DNA of 64,000 nt from NCBI GenBank assembly GCA_964188305.1, contig OZ076890.1. One strand, 5' to 3'. Of this stretch, positions 62,045-64,000 are shown piece by piece; positions within the stretch are counted from its first letter, which is position 1; the number at the start of each line of letters is the position of its first letter. Below the pieces are notes generated by a model that ran no database searches, was not told where the DNA came from, and saw nothing but the letters and a program-made list of their open reading frames with translations. The translations under genes were made by a program, and so were the position numbers. The DNA comes from Podarcis bocagei (lineage: Eukaryota).

Positions 62045-62190
62045 AAATCGTATAATCATACGAGTTGGAAGGGACCCCAAGGATCATCTAGTCCAACCCC
62101 CTGCAAGACAGGAATATGCAGCTGTCGTTTATGGGGGATCGAACCTGCGACCTTGGTGTTATCAGCACCATGCTCAAACCAACTGAGCTA
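62045..62190 (-). mobile_element. tRNA-headed SINE with CR1-derived tail
   Basis: Reverse-complement copy of the 58221 family, with intact TAGCTCAGTTGG and GGTTCGATCCC boxes. Confidence 0.8.
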
Positions 62191-63233
62191 GTTTAATTAA
62201 TATTGTGGTCAAGAATGGACAAATCAAATGGGATACTAGACTTGCTAGGAGGTTACTTTCTTTTTAGCAAGAATAACAGGAAAAGGGTTTTATCACTTCA
62301 CACCACCAGAGTCTCAAAGTGTTTTAAAATAATACAAAAAAAAATCAATAAAACAAAACAAATGTAAAAGATTAAAAAGTGCTCCTCCTAAGACAAAGTG
62401 GAGGGGCCAACAAGCGACACCCCATCTGTAGGGGAGAACCACCCAGTTTCAAGGTTTCAGTGTTGAAGGTTTTCATAAGCAAAAACCCAAGACAGATCAC
62501 TTGCACTGAGGTGTTATAAAGTAAGGAAGTAAAGAAAAAGGACACAGAGCGCTTAGAAGAGGTTTGGTCAAAAGGAACTCCTCAGAGGTATCTAAATAAT
62601 ATTCGCATGCGGCATGGTGTGTGTGTATGTGTGTGTACACAACCTCTGTCCTCCTTCCAAAAATATCCCGATATTAGTAAAATAGGCCAGCCTGTTATCC
62701 AGGGTATCCAACTTTCCATTCTGATTAAGCCAATAAGAGAGCAGGCAGCAAAGGAGCAGTGCCGCCTAAGGACACAACTTTAGCAATGGAGAGTGGAAAT
62801 ACGAGCTGCTTTGGTGCATCATTATTTCCTATCTAACTGCAAAAGTGTGAGGAGAAAGACAAGGCTGAGAAAATGGCGAGACCCAAGCAAACCTGGCCTC
62901 TATTGGCAGCTCAAAAGGGGCCCTGTTAATATTAGCAATCCCACCCTGACCTGCATAGTAGCATTAGGACAAAAATAAATTTGAACAGTGCTGTATTGAC
63001 ATGCCCCATGGTGCAAGGATGTTCACTTGAACAACAGGACTTACCCTCCCACCTTCCCATGCACCATCCCTAAATCTGCTCTGGAGGGTTGGGAGAGCGC
63101 CAGAACAGGAATCACTGCACTGGCCGAATGTTCTCCTTAGCACTATATTGGATTCCACCCCCTGCTTCCCACCAAAAGGCAGAACCCTCTTGAATGGACA
63201 TTTCTTGCTGGCCCTGCTTTCTTCCAGAGGAGG

Positions 63234-63348
63234 AATCACAGAATTCAAGTCTAACGCCCTGCAATGCAGCAAACTTTTGCCCCATGTGGGGCTCAAACCC
63301 ATGACCCTGAGGTTCTTTAAGAGTCTCATGCTCTGCCAGCTGAGCTAG
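63234..63348 (-). mobile_element. tRNA-Lys(CTT)-derived SINE
   Basis: CTAGCTCAGCTGGCAGAGCATGAGACTCTTAA...CTCAGGGTCATGGGTTTGAGCCCCACATGGGGC, followed by a TGCATTGCAGGG tail. Confidence 0.75.
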
Positions 63349-63676
63349 ACTTAAATCTTTGCCACTTTGCTCTGTTCCTGGCTGAACAAGAATGTGAATT
63401 TTCATTTGGAAAGTTTTATGAAAGTGGTCAAACTGGAAGAAAGCCAATAGACTTATTTTTTGTTTCAAAATATTCTGAAATATTTTCTTTCACCAGCCTA
63501 TTTTGCAACACTCACCAGTTACAAAACCCTGTGGTTTCTTCCTATCAAATGATTTCTAAGCATGGACTCCATGGAACTTCAACTTTGCGACCAATGACTT
63601 ACACCCTAAGAAACTATGTGATTTGTTAGAGAGTGACAACAAGAGCTATTTCCACTGCAGGTTAAGTGTATGTTTT

Positions 63677-63815
63677 AAAGGTAAGGTAAAGGGACCCCTG
63701 ACCATTAGATCCAGTTGCGGACGACTCTGTGCTTGCGGTGCTCATCTCGCTCTATAGGCCAAGGGAGCCGGCGTTTGTCCGCAGACAGCTTCCAGGTCAT
63801 GTGGCCAGCATAACT
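63677..63815 (-). mobile_element. Sauria SINE, 3' portion
   Basis: AAAGGTAAGGTAAAGGGACCCCTG...CTCATCTCGC...GGGAGCCGGCG...GTCATGTGGCCAGCA, with an (ACCTTT)n-type tail on the minus strand. Confidence 0.8.
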
Positions 63816-64000
63816 GTATGTTTTATCCAAGTGCTAATTGGTCTGAGTTTTAAAGACAGGCTAGAGTACAAATGTACATATATAAATATAAAAGTGAGCT
63901 GCCTCTGCCTTATTTCCACCAATTCCCCACTTCCTCTTGTCCTACATGTCAGGCCTTTCCTGAGTGCCCCCTCAGGGAGCACTGAGGCTGCAGTAGAATA

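Noticed and set aside
63279-63348. Functional tRNA-Lys(CTT) gene
   Set aside because: The 5' acceptor stem is missing, the anticodon arm has an insertion, and a SINE tail follows.

Overview
Eukaryotic (vertebrate) genomic DNA. The repeat content (Sauria SINE, BovB, Penelope-type elements, tRNA/CR1 SINEs) indicates a squamate reptile, probably a lacertid lizard. Three multi-exon genes lie head-to-tail on the minus strand, in the order known from human 21q22.3: TRAPPC10 (3' part, 19 coding exons at 36503-62022, 5' exons beyond the window), PWP2 (complete, 21 exons, ~910 aa) and GATD3/C21orf33/ES1 (complete, 7 exons, ~262 aa). I traced the exons by hand from splice sites and phase continuity. 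Most entries in the ORF track are spurious, or are exons read on into introns. Highlights: (1) two minor-spliceosome (U12) introns, one of them in GATD3 with non-canonical AT-AT (or AT-AG) ends; (2) a perfect, spacer-less 420-bp palindrome in PWP2 intron 18, formed by a Penelope-like element and carrying mirror-image minimal hammerhead ribozyme motifs, plus a third hammerhead motif in GATD3 intron 1; (3) a ~2-kb TA-flanked Tc1/mariner-type non-autonomous element filled with hairpin tandem repeats, including ~18 x 60-bp units with a 14-bp stem; (4) a 5'-truncated sense-strand L1 with an unbroken ORF, a solo LTR with a 5-bp TSD, and a 61-bp 3'UTR/intron duplication. No database searches were possible, so family assignments come from motif recognition.
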